A DNA stretch of 64,000 bases, taken from Lachnospiraceae bacterium. Lineage in GTDB: Bacteria > Bacillota > Clostridia > Lachnospirales > Lachnospiraceae. The notes beneath the pieces were generated by a model that saw only the letters and a list, made by a program, of their open reading frames with translations, had not been told where the DNA came from and made no database searches. How positions within the stretch are numbered: position 1 is the stretch's first letter; each line of letters opens with the position of its first letter. Shown piece after piece: positions 36,631 through 46,992 of the stretch. The DNA lies in the NCBI GenBank assembly GCA_045640905.1, contig JAZUFW010000058.1:9881-73880 (forward strand), given 5' to 3'. The position numbers were made by a program, and so were the translations under genes.

Positions 36631-37746
36631 ATGAACGGTTTTGCGAAAGCTTTAACTGCGATACTCGGAATAATAGCGGTAATAGCGTGTCTTACGACTA
36701 TTGGCATTATTGGATATACGGCAACTCACGGAAATATTCAAAAAACGGATTTGGCAAACGGAAAACTGCCGGAAGATGAAATTCTTAACGTTAATCCCGT
36801 TCCGACGCAAATTCCTGCGGCGGATCCGAACGCTACGGCAACTCCGGTTCCGGTTTTCTCCGGGCATATTCACGACTATAAGGAAACAATTATTCAGAAA
36901 GTATCCTGCCTTGAACCGGGGCAGGTCAGATATGCGTGCTCCTGCGGAGATTCGTATACTGTCGATCTCCTGGCCACAGGACATTTGCCTAATGATGAGT
37001 GGGAAATCGAAAAGGAACCCACATCAAATTCGGACGGTAGCAGGATTAAGAGATGCCTGTACTGTAATGAAATTGTTGAAAGGGAAATCCTGCCGGCTAC
37101 AAAAGAAGGAACTGTAAAGGATGAAAACGGAAATGATGTAAAGCATGAGCATCTGTATGTAGCTACTACCGAAAGAGAGGCTACTTGCGTAATGGCCGGA
37201 CTTCGTAAACATACATGTTCCTGCGGCAGTTTTTATACCGAAAGCATTCCTGCAGTGGGTCATGTACCCGGACAGTGGACAGAAACGGTTACGCCCGATG
37301 CGAATACATACGGAATAGAAGTCAGAACCTGTTCTGTATGCGGAGCTCAGATAGACATCAGATATTTGCCTGCATTGACACCGTCACCGGATGCCAGTGC
37401 TTCTTCGTCGGCCAGCGCGACACCTTCGAGTGCACCCAGTTCTTCTGCTTCGAAGAATCAGTCTTCGCCCACGCCTTCGCCTACACCGCATGTGCATCAA
37501 TATACTTCATATGTTGTTACACCTGCTACCTGTACGGAAAAGGGTGTCAGATGTTGGGTTTGCTCATGTGGCGATACATATTCCGAGAGCATCGAACTGA
37601 ATCCCGATGCACATCATTATGAAGCTACATTTGTTGCTCCTACAAGGACGCAGCAGGGATATACGATATACACTTGTACCAGATGTAATTTCAGCTACAA
37701 GGATAATTACATTATGGCATTGACCAACGATACGGATGAAGAATAA
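36631..37746 (+). CDS. Membrane-anchored extracellular protein with four Cys-rich (zinc-ribbon-like) repeats and a P/S/T linker
   Basis: TM anchor. The repeat C-x(4-5)-G-x(4-5)-C-x-C-G-x-x-Y occurs three times, plus a CTRCNFSY variant. ATG at 36631 lies 9 nt after AAAGGAG. Confidence 0.6.
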   Translation: MNGFAKALTAILGIIAVIACLTTIGIIGYTATHGNIQKTDLANGKLPEDEILNVNPVPTQIPAADPNATATPVPVFSGHIHDYKETIIQKVSCLEPGQVRYACSCGDSYTVDLLATGHLPNDEWEIEKEPTSNSDGSRIKRCLYCNEIVEREILPATKEGTVKDENGNDVKHEHLYVATTEREATCVMAGLRKHTCSCGSFYTESIPAVGHVPGQWTETVTPDANTYGIEVRTCSVCGAQIDIRYLPALTPSPDASASSSASATPSSAPSSSASKNQSSPTPSPTPHVHQYTSYVVTPATCTEKGVRCWVCSCGDTYSESIELNPDAHHYEATFVAPTRTQQGYTIYTCTRCNFSYKDNYIMALTNDTDEE

Positions 37747-37757
37747 GGAGGTGGCCT

Positions 37758-39362
37758 ATGAAACTTGTTTTTATCGGAGCTGACCATGAGGTAACCGGTT
37801 CCTGTCACTATTTGAACGTAGGGGATAAGCATATCCTGGTTGATTACGGAATGGAACAGGGCGCTAATGCGTTTGAAAATGCCGATTTGCCTGTTGCCGA
37901 ATCGATGATTGACTATGTTCTTTTGACCCATGCTCATGTTGATCATACCGGTATGTTGCCGTTATTGGTTGCGCGAGGATTTAAGGGACAGATTATTGCC
38001 ACAAAGGCTACTGCCGATTTGTGCAGCATTATGTTACGTGACTGCGCTCATATTCAGATGCAGGAAGCTGAATGGAAAAACCGAAAGGCCAAGCGTAGTT
38101 CTTCAACACCTGTCGTTGAACCCATATATACCATGGAAGATGCCGATTCGGCTATCAAGAAACTGGTTCCGTATTCATACAACCAGATTATTGAATTGTG
38201 CGAAGGCGTTAAAGTAAGGTTTACGGATATAGGACATCTTTTGGGCTCTGCCAGCATCGAAGTGTGGGCTACCGAAGGAGATGTTACCAAGAAGATAGTT
38301 TTTTCCGGAGATATCGGAAACAAGAATCAGCCGCTGATTAAAAATCCTTCATATACTCAGGAAGCTGATTATGTATTGATGGAGTCAACCTACGGTGACA
38401 GACTTCATCCGGAAAACTCTACAAATTATGTAAAAGAATTGGCTGAAATATTGCAGACTACGTTTGACAGAGGAGGAAATGTGGTAATTCCTTCTTTTGC
38501 AGTGGGAAGAACGCAGGAAATATTGTATTTTATCAGAAAAATCAAGGAAGATAATCTGGTAAAAGGTCATGGAGAATTCCCGGTATATGTTGATAGCCCT
38601 TTGGCTGTTGAAGCGACGGGTATTTTCCATAGAAATGAAATAGAATGCTTCGATGAAGAAGCCATGGCGGTAGTAAAGAAAGGAATAAATCCGATATCTT
38701 TCCCCGGCTTGAAACTGGCTATCACATCGGATGAATCAAAATTTATCAACTTTGAGAATACACCGAAAGTTATTATTTCCGCATCAGGTATGTGTGAAGC
38801 GGGTCGTATCAGACACCACTTAAAGCATAATCTGTGGCGCAAGGAATGTACAATTCTGTTCGTCGGATACCAGGCAGTGGGAACGTTGGGAAGAGTAATA
38901 GCTGAGGGTGTTGACGAGGTTAAACTGTTCGGTGAACCGATTAAGGTAGAAGCCGAAATCAGGCAGCTGACGGGACTTTCGGGACATGCCGATAAAGACG
39001 GATTGCTTGAATGGATTAATGCGTTTAACGAGAAGCCGAGGAAGGTATTTGTTGTCCACGGTGAAGACAGCGTCGTAAAGAGCTTTGTAGAATGCCTGCA
39101 GGTTGAATACGGAATAAAGGCAAGCGCACCGTATTCGGGTTCTGTGTTTAATCTTTTGACTAACAGATTCGAATATGAAGCTGAACCTATTCCCGTTAAG
39201 AAAACGACCAAGAGCAAGGCCTCTTCCGATGTATTTGCCCGTCTTTTGGCAGCAGGCCAGAGATTGCTTGCGGTTATTCATAAGAATGAAGGCGGCGCCA
39301 ATAAGGATTTGGCAAAGTTTGCGGATCAGATAACATCTCTTTGCGATAAATGGGATGATTAA
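37758..39362 (+). CDS. MBL-fold beta-CASP family RNA-metabolising hydrolase
   Basis: LTHAHVDHTG (HxHxDH), and later ESTYGDR and GLSGHAD motifs. RBS AAGGAGG. Confidence 0.85.
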   Translation: MKLVFIGADHEVTGSCHYLNVGDKHILVDYGMEQGANAFENADLPVAESMIDYVLLTHAHVDHTGMLPLLVARGFKGQIIATKATADLCSIMLRDCAHIQMQEAEWKNRKAKRSSSTPVVEPIYTMEDADSAIKKLVPYSYNQIIELCEGVKVRFTDIGHLLGSASIEVWATEGDVTKKIVFSGDIGNKNQPLIKNPSYTQEADYVLMESTYGDRLHPENSTNYVKELAEILQTTFDRGGNVVIPSFAVGRTQEILYFIRKIKEDNLVKGHGEFPVYVDSPLAVEATGIFHRNEIECFDEEAMAVVKKGINPISFPGLKLAITSDESKFINFENTPKVIISASGMCEAGRIRHHLKHNLWRKECTILFVGYQAVGTLGRVIAEGVDEVKLFGEPIKVEAEIRQLTGLSGHADKDGLLEWINAFNEKPRKVFVVHGEDSVVKSFVECLQVEYGIKASAPYSGSVFNLLTNRFEYEAEPIPVKKTTKSKASSDVFARLLAAGQRLLAVIHKNEGGANKDLAKFADQITSLCDKWDD

Positions 39363-39384
39363 ATAGTGGTTCATAGGAGAAGAT

Positions 39385-40233
39385 ATGAGTAAGGCTGATG
39401 AAATTTTTATCAATATGTGTAAGGACATATTGGAAAACGGTACTACCACCGAAGGAGAAAAGGTGCGCCCTCATTGGAGCGACGGAACACCTGCTTATAC
39501 GATTAAAAAATTCGGAGTAGTCAATCGATATGATTTGCGGGAGGAGTTTCCGCTGCTTACATTAAGAAAGACCGCCCTTAAATCGGCTACGGATGAAATG
39601 CTGTGGATTTGGCAGTTAAAAAGTAACAACATTAATGAACTGCATTCGCACATATGGGACGAATGGGCTGATGAGAACGGCTCAATCGGTAAAGCATACG
39701 GTTATCAACTGGGAGTAAAGCATCAATATAAAGAAGGAATGATGGACCAGGTTGACAGGGTTATCTATGACTTAAAGAATAATCCTTTCAGCAGACGTAT
39801 TATGACGAATATATATGTGCATCAGGATTTACATGAGATGAATCTTTACCCTTGCGCATACAGTATGACATTTAACGTAACACAAAGGCCGGGAGAAGAT
39901 AAACTGACCTTGAATGCCGTATTAAATCAGCGTTCTCAGGATGTGTTGGCAGCAAATAACTGGAACGTGGTTCAATATTCGGTTCTTTTGCATATGCTGG
40001 CACAAACATGCGATATGAATGTCGGTGAACTGGTCCATGTTATTGCCGATGCACACATCTATGACAGACATGTGCCCCTGATTAAGGAGTTAATATCGAG
40101 AGAGCCTTTGGAAGCTCCCAAATTCTGGCTTAATCCCGAAATACATGATTTCTATAAGTTTACCAGAGATGATGTAAAGGCCATTGATTATAATACTCAT
40201 CCTCAGATAGAGGATATACCTATAGCCATATAA
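39385..40233 (+). CDS. thyA: Thymidylate synthase
   Basis: FSRRIMTN, LYPCAYSMTFNV and LNQRSQDV motifs. Confidence 0.95.
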   Translation: MSKADEIFINMCKDILENGTTTEGEKVRPHWSDGTPAYTIKKFGVVNRYDLREEFPLLTLRKTALKSATDEMLWIWQLKSNNINELHSHIWDEWADENGSIGKAYGYQLGVKHQYKEGMMDQVDRVIYDLKNNPFSRRIMTNIYVHQDLHEMNLYPCAYSMTFNVTQRPGEDKLTLNAVLNQRSQDVLAANNWNVVQYSVLLHMLAQTCDMNVGELVHVIADAHIYDRHVPLIKELISREPLEAPKFWLNPEIHDFYKFTRDDVKAIDYNTHPQIEDIPIAI

Positions 40234-40244
40234 AGGAGTTATTA

Positions 40245-40739
40245 ATGAATTTCATTGTAAATGTTGATGAAAATTGGGCAATCGGAAATAAAGGCGAACT
40301 GCTGGTTCATATTCCGGCCGACATGAAGATGTTTCGACAGGAAACCACGGGCAAAGTAGTGGTACTCGGAAGGAAAACGTTGGAAACTTTTCCGCAGAAG
40401 CAACCGCTTAAAAACCGAACAAATATTATTTTGACTTCGGACCGTGGATTTAAGGCGGGAGATGCAATTGTTGTTCACAGCATTGACGAACTGCTTGAGG
40501 AACTCAAAAAATATGATGATGACGATATCTATATAATCGGAGGCGACAGCGTTTACAGACAAATGTTTCCGTATGTTAATACCGCACACGTGACGAAGGT
40601 GGATCACAAGTATGATGCCGATTCGCATTTTCCGAATCTCGATGAGGATCCGGAGTGGGAAATAACAGCATCTTCCGAAGAACAATACTATTTTGACCTG
40701 ACGTATCATTTCCTTAAATACGAAAGGAAAAACAAATGA
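40245..40739 (+). CDS. folA: Dihydrofolate reductase
   Basis: 164 aa. NWAIGNKGELL, VVLGRKT and YIIGG motifs. Confidence 0.9.
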   Translation: MNFIVNVDENWAIGNKGELLVHIPADMKMFRQETTGKVVVLGRKTLETFPQKQPLKNRTNIILTSDRGFKAGDAIVVHSIDELLEELKKYDDDDIYIIGGDSVYRQMFPYVNTAHVTKVDHKYDADSHFPNLDEDPEWEITASSEEQYYFDLTYHFLKYERKNK

Positions 40740-42121
40740 GAAAGATAACGATTTCGGTACTTGCGTTATTGGCAGTATTGGGAATGACGGCGTGCTCCCT
40801 GATTAATATAGAAGTTCATAATCCGCCGAGCGAAAATGTTGAAAACAATTCCGAAACGAAAATAACTTCAGAAGCCAAGGAAGACATTGTCGTTGATATG
40901 GAAGAAAAGGAAGATACGGCGGAAGAATTACAAAGAGAAGAACTTCCAAAAGAAGAAGTCAAGACAGACGAATCAAAGGATAACAATATGGATAATGATT
41001 CCGATAAAGAGGCTCTTTCGCAATCCGCTCAAGGCGGAAGCAGCGAAGAAGCCCTTTTGTTTGCAGCCAACTTAAAAGCCGGATGGAATTTGGGAAATAC
41101 GCTTGATGCCTGCAATGCGGGACAGAACAATCAGGTCAATTCCGAGGTTTGCTGGGGAAATCCCAAAACTACAAAAGAAATGATAGCAGCAGTCAAAAAT
41201 GCCGGATATACCACTATCAGAATTCCTGTTTCGTGGCATAATCATATAACATTGACTGAAGATAACAGGATGCTTATTGATGATTCATGGCTTAAAAGAG
41301 TGAAGGAAGTCGTGGGATACGCCATCGATAATGATATGTACGTCATAATCAATATTCATCATGATAATGAACCGGAAGGCAAAAGAGGCTATATTCCCGA
41401 TTATGAGAACGAGGAACAGGCCCTTTGGTATGTCGGCGAGGTGTGGTCTCAGGTTGCACCATATTTTAATGAATTTGATAATCATTTGATTTTTGAAGGA
41501 TTGAATGAACCGCGACTGACAAATGACGATGCCAATGAATGGTGGCTTGATGAGAACTCGGATCATTGCAAAGAAGCCGTAGATGTGATTAACAAATTGA
41601 ACCAGAAATTCGTTGACACGGTGCGTGCCACGGGCGGATACAATGCAGAAAGATATCTGATGGTGCCGGGGTATTGTGCTTCCATGCAGGGTGCTGTAAC
41701 CAAAGGATTTGCGGTACCGAACGACAGTGCTTCAAATCGCATCATGATTTCGCTCCATGCATATATTCCGTACAGCTTTGCACTGAATGAAGATACATCT
41801 CTGGCAACATTTGATCCCGATGATGTTAATTCGACGTATGATATTGATCATACTATTAAGAAAATGAAGGAAAAATTCATCGACAAAGGTATTCCGGTAG
41901 TCATCGGTGAATTTGGCGCCAGAGATAAAAACGGTAATGTGGATGAAAGAATAAAGTATTATAACTACTTTACTTTAAAATGTTCCGAAAACGGTATTCC
42001 CTGCTGTGTATGGGATAACGGTGTATTTAGCGGAAACGGAGAAAGATTCGGCCTTTTGGACAGAGAAAAATGTGAGTTTGTTGACAAAGATATTGTAAAT
42101 GCAATGGTTTTAAACTTTTAA
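40736..42121 (+). CDS. Glycoside hydrolase family 5 lipoprotein (cellulase/endoglucanase-like)
   Basis: Lipobox GMTAC, acidic linker, GWNLGNTLD, IRIPVSW, the acid/base motif FEGLNEP and the nucleophile motif VVIGEFG. ATGA overlap with the folA stop. Confidence 0.85.
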   Translation: MRKITISVLALLAVLGMTACSLINIEVHNPPSENVENNSETKITSEAKEDIVVDMEEKEDTAEELQREELPKEEVKTDESKDNNMDNDSDKEALSQSAQGGSSEEALLFAANLKAGWNLGNTLDACNAGQNNQVNSEVCWGNPKTTKEMIAAVKNAGYTTIRIPVSWHNHITLTEDNRMLIDDSWLKRVKEVVGYAIDNDMYVIINIHHDNEPEGKRGYIPDYENEEQALWYVGEVWSQVAPYFNEFDNHLIFEGLNEPRLTNDDANEWWLDENSDHCKEAVDVINKLNQKFVDTVRATGGYNAERYLMVPGYCASMQGAVTKGFAVPNDSASNRIMISLHAYIPYSFALNEDTSLATFDPDDVNSTYDIDHTIKKMKEKFIDKGIPVVIGEFGARDKNGNVDERIKYYNYFTLKCSENGIPCCVWDNGVFSGNGERFGLLDREKCEFVDKDIVNAMVLNF

Positions 42122-42207
42122 TCATTCAGACGGCGTGATATAATACGAATTTAGACATATTGTAAAATTGCTTGTAAAGCATGAAATAAAGAAGAGAGGA
42201 TAAACAC

Positions 42208-43230
42208 ATGGCAAAGAAAGATATTGATTGGAGTAACCTGAATTTTGGTTATCATGAAACAGAGTATCGATATGTATCCTACTTTAAAGACGGAAAGTGG
42301 GATAATGGGGAATTGACTAAAGATTCCACTATCGTACTTAACGAATGTGCCGGAGTATTGCAGTATGCTCAGACAGTATTTGAAGGATTAAAGGCTTATA
42401 CAACAAAAGATGGAAGAACGGTAGTGTTCCGTCCCGATTTGAATGCCGAAAGATTGATTCAGTCTGCAGAGAGATTAATGATTCCTCCTGTATCTAAGGA
42501 ACAATTCCTTGATGCTGTTCATAAGGTTGTAAAGGCAAATGAAGATTATGTTCCTCCTTACGGCAGCGGGGCAACATTGTATGTTCGTCCTTATATATTC
42601 GGATCAAATGCCGTAATCGGTGTTAAACCTGCCGATGAATATCAGTTCAGAATTTTGACTACTCCCGTAGGACCTTACTTCAAGGGAGGAGTTAAGCCCA
42701 TAACTATCAGAGTATGCGATTACGATCGTGCGGCTCCGCACGGAACAGGTCATATTAAGGCAGGATTAAACTATGCCATGAGTTTATATGCTATAGTTGA
42801 AGCCCATAAAGAAGGCTACGACGAGAATATGTATCTTGATGCGGCTACACGTACCAAGGTTGAGGAAACAGGCGGTGCCAACTTCCTGTTCGTTACAAAG
42901 GACGGAAAGATAGTAACGCCCAAGTCATCATCTATTCTGCCTTCAATAACCAGAAGATCTTTGATTCAGGTAGCCAGAGATTATTTGGGAATTGAAGCCG
43001 AAGAAAGAGAAGTTTATGTCGATGAGTTAAAAGACATGGCTGAATGCGGATTGTGCGGTACGGCAGCAGTAATCAGTCCTGTCGGCAAGATCGTTGATCA
43101 TGGCAAGGAGATTGCTTTGCCTGCAGGCATGAACGAGATGGGACCTGTAACCAAGAAATTATACGAGACATTAACAGGAATCCAGATGGGAACAATCGAA
43201 GCTCCCGAAGGCTGGGTTGTCGAAATTTAG
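42208..43230 (+). CDS. ilvE: Branched-chain amino acid aminotransferase
   Basis: 340 aa. VFEGLKAY, EETGGANFLFV and GTAAVISPV motifs. Confidence 0.9.
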   Translation: MAKKDIDWSNLNFGYHETEYRYVSYFKDGKWDNGELTKDSTIVLNECAGVLQYAQTVFEGLKAYTTKDGRTVVFRPDLNAERLIQSAERLMIPPVSKEQFLDAVHKVVKANEDYVPPYGSGATLYVRPYIFGSNAVIGVKPADEYQFRILTTPVGPYFKGGVKPITIRVCDYDRAAPHGTGHIKAGLNYAMSLYAIVEAHKEGYDENMYLDAATRTKVEETGGANFLFVTKDGKIVTPKSSSILPSITRRSLIQVARDYLGIEAEEREVYVDELKDMAECGLCGTAAVISPVGKIVDHGKEIALPAGMNEMGPVTKKLYETLTGIQMGTIEAPEGWVVEI

Positions 43231-43247
43231 AAATTGAGGAGAGATTT

Positions 43248-45005
43248 ATGAAAGAAGTATCAGGCACAAAGGTAATGATGCTGGGAAACGCAGCAATTGC
43301 CAGAGGTGCGTATGAAGCCGGTGTTAAGGTTTCGGCGGCTTATCCCGGAACTCCCAGCACCGAAATATCGGAAAATCTTGTTAAATACAAGGATGAATTG
43401 TACTGTGAGTGGTCACCGAATGAAAAGGTAGCCATGGAAGTTGCCATAGGCGCATCATTCCATGGAGTTCGTGCCATGGCATCCATGAAGCACGTCGGAG
43501 TAAATGTGGCTTCGGACCCTCTATATACGATTTCATATTCGGGTGTTAACGGCGGACTGGTTATAGTAGCAGCCGATGACCCCGGGCTTTACAGTTCACA
43601 GAATGAACAGGATTCGAGAATGGTAGCCAGAGCTGCTATGGTTCCGGTGCTTGAGCCTTCCGATTCCGAAGAAGCCAGAGTGTTTACCAAGCTCGCTTTT
43701 GACTTGTCGGAAAAATACGATACACCGATTATGCTTCGCACAACGACGAGACTGGCACATTCACAGTGCCTGGTCAATTTGGAGGATCGTGTTACTCCCG
43801 AAGACAAGCCCTACGAAAAGAACATTCAGAAAAATGTCATGATGCCGGGTATGGCAAAAAAGAGACATCTGTTTGTTGAAGAACGCTTGAAGAAGATGGC
43901 TTCGGATGCTTCTTCGATGGAGATAAACAAAGCAGTATATAACGATACGAAAATCGGTGTTATTACATCGGGCATTCCGTACCAGTATGTAAAAGAAGTA
44001 CTTCCCAATGCATCCATATTGAAATTGGGACTGGTGCATCCGCTTCCCAAGAAGCTGATAGAGGAGTTCGCATCGAAGGTTGAAACGCTTTATATAGTAG
44101 AAGAGTTGGAACCGGTAATTGAAGAACAGGTTAAGAGCTGGGGAATTAAGTGTATCGGAAAAGAGATTTTCACCGTACAGGGCGAATATTCCGCAAATCT
44201 TTTGCGTAAGGCAATTCTTAAACAAGAACTGACCATAGAAGATGCTGCCGATGTACCGCAGAGACCTCCTATTCTTTGCCCCGGATGTCCTCACAGATCA
44301 GTATATTCCGTTTTGAAAAAGTTAAAAAAGCATGCAGCAGGAGATATAGGCTGTTACACACTTGGCGCTGTAGCACCGCTTCAGGTGGTTGAGACGAGCG
44401 TATGTATGGGCTCATCCATTTCTACACTTCATGGCGTCGAAAAGGCCAAGGGAAGTGAGTATATTAAGGATTGGGTAGCGTGTATCGGAGATTCAACATT
44501 CCTTCACACCGGTGTAAACTCACTGATTGACATGGTATATAACAAGGGCACAGGTACCGTTATTATCATGGATAATTCAACTACAGGAATGACAGGCCAT
44601 CAGGATCATGCCGCAACAGGCAAAACCTTGATGGGCGAAGAGACATATATGATAGACATATATAATCTCTGCAAGGCGATTGGCGTTGAACATGTAGTTG
44701 AAGTAGATGCCTTTGATGATAAGAAACTTGAAGAGGTTATCAAAGAGGAAACGGCACGTGATGCTGTGTCTGTAATTATTGCAAAGTCGCTCTGTGCTCT
44801 TCACAAGGATTTCGTTCCGAAGGGCAAGTGCACGGTGGATATTGAAAAATGTAAGAAGTGCGGTATGTGCCTGGCTTCCGCATGTCCTGCAATTCATAAG
44901 AACGCCGAAGGATATGCCGAAATTGATGCCACAATGTGTAACGGATGCGGTCACTGCATGAGTAATTGTAAATTCGGAGCGATTTCGCTCATAGAAAATA
45001 AGTAG
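43248..45005 (+). CDS. iorA: Indolepyruvate ferredoxin oxidoreductase alpha subunit
   Basis: 585 aa. TPP-binding region (GDSTFLHTG) and C-terminal 2x[4Fe-4S] Cys clusters (CKKCGMC...C, CNGCGHC...C). Confidence 0.9.
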   Translation: MKEVSGTKVMMLGNAAIARGAYEAGVKVSAAYPGTPSTEISENLVKYKDELYCEWSPNEKVAMEVAIGASFHGVRAMASMKHVGVNVASDPLYTISYSGVNGGLVIVAADDPGLYSSQNEQDSRMVARAAMVPVLEPSDSEEARVFTKLAFDLSEKYDTPIMLRTTTRLAHSQCLVNLEDRVTPEDKPYEKNIQKNVMMPGMAKKRHLFVEERLKKMASDASSMEINKAVYNDTKIGVITSGIPYQYVKEVLPNASILKLGLVHPLPKKLIEEFASKVETLYIVEELEPVIEEQVKSWGIKCIGKEIFTVQGEYSANLLRKAILKQELTIEDAADVPQRPPILCPGCPHRSVYSVLKKLKKHAAGDIGCYTLGAVAPLQVVETSVCMGSSISTLHGVEKAKGSEYIKDWVACIGDSTFLHTGVNSLIDMVYNKGTGTVIIMDNSTTGMTGHQDHAATGKTLMGEETYMIDIYNLCKAIGVEHVVEVDAFDDKKLEEVIKEETARDAVSVIIAKSLCALHKDFVPKGKCTVDIEKCKKCGMCLASACPAIHKNAEGYAEIDATMCNGCGHCMSNCKFGAISLIENK

Positions 45006-45017
45006 GAGGTTCGCGAC

Positions 45018-45590
45018 ATGGAAACAAAGAATATTATGATAGTCGGTGTCGGCGGACAGGGAACGTTATTAACTAGCAGAATCCTGGGAAACATGACTAC
45101 CAAGGCCGGTTTTGATGTAAAGATTTCCGAAGTTCACGGAATGGCTCAAAGAGGTGGCTCGGTAGTTACATTTGTTCGATACGGGGATGATGTTGCAGAA
45201 CCCATTGTAGAAGAAGGAACCGCAGATGTTTTGATTGCTTTCGAACGTTTGGAAGCATTAAGATATGCGCATTTTCTTAAAAAGGACGGAGTCCTTATAG
45301 TAAACGATGTACGTATGGACCCTATGCCGGTTGCGATAGGTGCAGCTGAGTATCCCGAAAATATCATCGAAAATCTTTCAAAGAAACATAAAGTTGTAAG
45401 TCTTGATGCAAAGGCTGAAGCAATTAAATTGGGCAATGCCAGAGTGTTTAACACGATTATCGTCGGTGTAGCCGCCAAGAGCATGGACTTCAAAGAGGAA
45501 GAGTGGATTGAAGTTATCAAAGAGACTGTTCCTCCGAAAACCATAGACATAAATGTTGCTGCTTTCAAGCACGGGTTCGAGTTTATTTAG
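45018..45590 (+). CDS. iorB: Indolepyruvate ferredoxin oxidoreductase beta subunit
   Basis: 190 aa. GVGGQGTLL and HGMAQRGGSV motifs, directly after iorA. Confidence 0.9.
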   Translation: METKNIMIVGVGGQGTLLTSRILGNMTTKAGFDVKISEVHGMAQRGGSVVTFVRYGDDVAEPIVEEGTADVLIAFERLEALRYAHFLKKDGVLIVNDVRMDPMPVAIGAAEYPENIIENLSKKHKVVSLDAKAEAIKLGNARVFNTIIVGVAAKSMDFKEEEWIEVIKETVPPKTIDINVAAFKHGFEFI

Positions 45591-45665
45591 CCTGTAGGTG
45601 CATGGCACTACAGGCGTAATAGTGATACTCATTAACGAACGTGTGTAGAAAGAAGAGGTAACAAA

Positions 45666-46964
45666 ATGATTTGGAATGAAGCAAAAGAATGTATGAGCCG
45701 AGACGAGCTGGCTGCGTTGCAGAGCAAACGTCTTGTCAAGACAGTTGAACGTGTATATCACAATGTAGAGCCCTATAGACGCAAGATGCAGGCTGTAGGT
45801 CTGGAACCCGGAGATATCAAAGGGATAGAGGATCTTCATAAACTTCCCTATACCACAAAAAATGATCTTCGTGATAACTATCCGTTCGGATTGTTTGCCG
45901 TTCCGCAATCAGAGATAGTCAGAGTTCATGCGTCAAGCGGAACGACAGGAAAGGCTACCGTGGTAGGATATACCAGACGTGACCTTGAAGTTTGGGCCGA
46001 GTGCGTTGCCAGAGCTATGACCATGGCGGGAATCGGACGAGGGGACATCATTCAGATAGCTTACGGATACGGACTGTTTACCGGTGGACTGGGCGCACAT
46101 TACGGAGCAGAACATTTGGGAGCTACGGTAGTGCCGCAAAGTACGGGAAACACCAAGAAATTGATTACAATGATGAAGGATTTCGGTACTACTGCAATCG
46201 CATGTACGCCTTCATACCTTTTACATATTGCCGAAACCTTGGAGAATGAGGGAATGCTTGACCAAATCAAACTGCGTACAGCGGTTTGCGGAGCAGAACC
46301 TTGGACCGAGGCTATGCGCAAACAGATTGAAGAACGCCTTCATATCAGCGCACATGATATTTACGGATTGTCCGAAATAATGGGCCCCGGAGTGGCTTGT
46401 GATTGTGAATATCATAAAGGACTTCATATCTGTGAAGACAATTTCTTACCTGAGATAATTGATCCTGAAACACTTGAACCGATAGGCGAGGGAAAAACGG
46501 GAGAACTGGTATTTACCACCCTCAATAAAGAGGGACTGCCGCTTATCAGATACAGAACCAAGGACCTGACGTCCATAACATATGATAAATGTGAATGCGG
46601 CAGAACTTCTGCCAGAATTTCGAAATTCACAGGCAGATCCGATGATATGCTGATCATAAGAGGAGTCAATGTATTCCCGTCACAGATTGAGGCTGCACTG
46701 CTTGAAATGAGCGAAACCACACCTCATTACCTGATGATTGTTGACAGAGTAAACAACCTGGATACATTGGAAGTACAGGTCGAAGTTGAAGAAAAATTCT
46801 TCTCTGATGAAATCAAAGAACTTGAAAATCTGACGAAGAAGATTGCACATGTGCTTCAGCTGGCAATCGGACTTGCTGTGAAGGTCAAATTGGTAGAGCC
46901 TAAGACTCTGGAACGTTTTGACGGAAAATCAAAACATGTAATAGATAATCGTAAATTCGATTAA
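45666..46964 (+). CDS. paaK: Phenylacetate--CoA ligase family adenylating enzyme
   Basis: 432 aa. SSGTTGK, YGLSE and YRTKD motifs. Classic iorAB-paaK-ACT arrangement. Confidence 0.85.
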   Translation: MIWNEAKECMSRDELAALQSKRLVKTVERVYHNVEPYRRKMQAVGLEPGDIKGIEDLHKLPYTTKNDLRDNYPFGLFAVPQSEIVRVHASSGTTGKATVVGYTRRDLEVWAECVARAMTMAGIGRGDIIQIAYGYGLFTGGLGAHYGAEHLGATVVPQSTGNTKKLITMMKDFGTTAIACTPSYLLHIAETLENEGMLDQIKLRTAVCGAEPWTEAMRKQIEERLHISAHDIYGLSEIMGPGVACDCEYHKGLHICEDNFLPEIIDPETLEPIGEGKTGELVFTTLNKEGLPLIRYRTKDLTSITYDKCECGRTSARISKFTGRSDDMLIIRGVNVFPSQIEAALLEMSETTPHYLMIVDRVNNLDTLEVQVEVEEKFFSDEIKELENLTKKIAHVLQLAIGLAVKVKLVEPKTLERFDGKSKHVIDNRKFD

Positions 46965-46992
46965 CTTATGTTTCAAAGAAAAGGAGTGTTCT

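Noticed and set aside
45666-46964. PaaK-type ligase as the missing loader of the orphan carrier protein at 22598-22840.
   Set aside because: It sits in the canonical iorA-iorB-paaK-ACT arylpyruvate fermentation cluster 20 kb away. It belongs to the CoA-ligase clade rather than the DltA/carrier-protein ligase clade.
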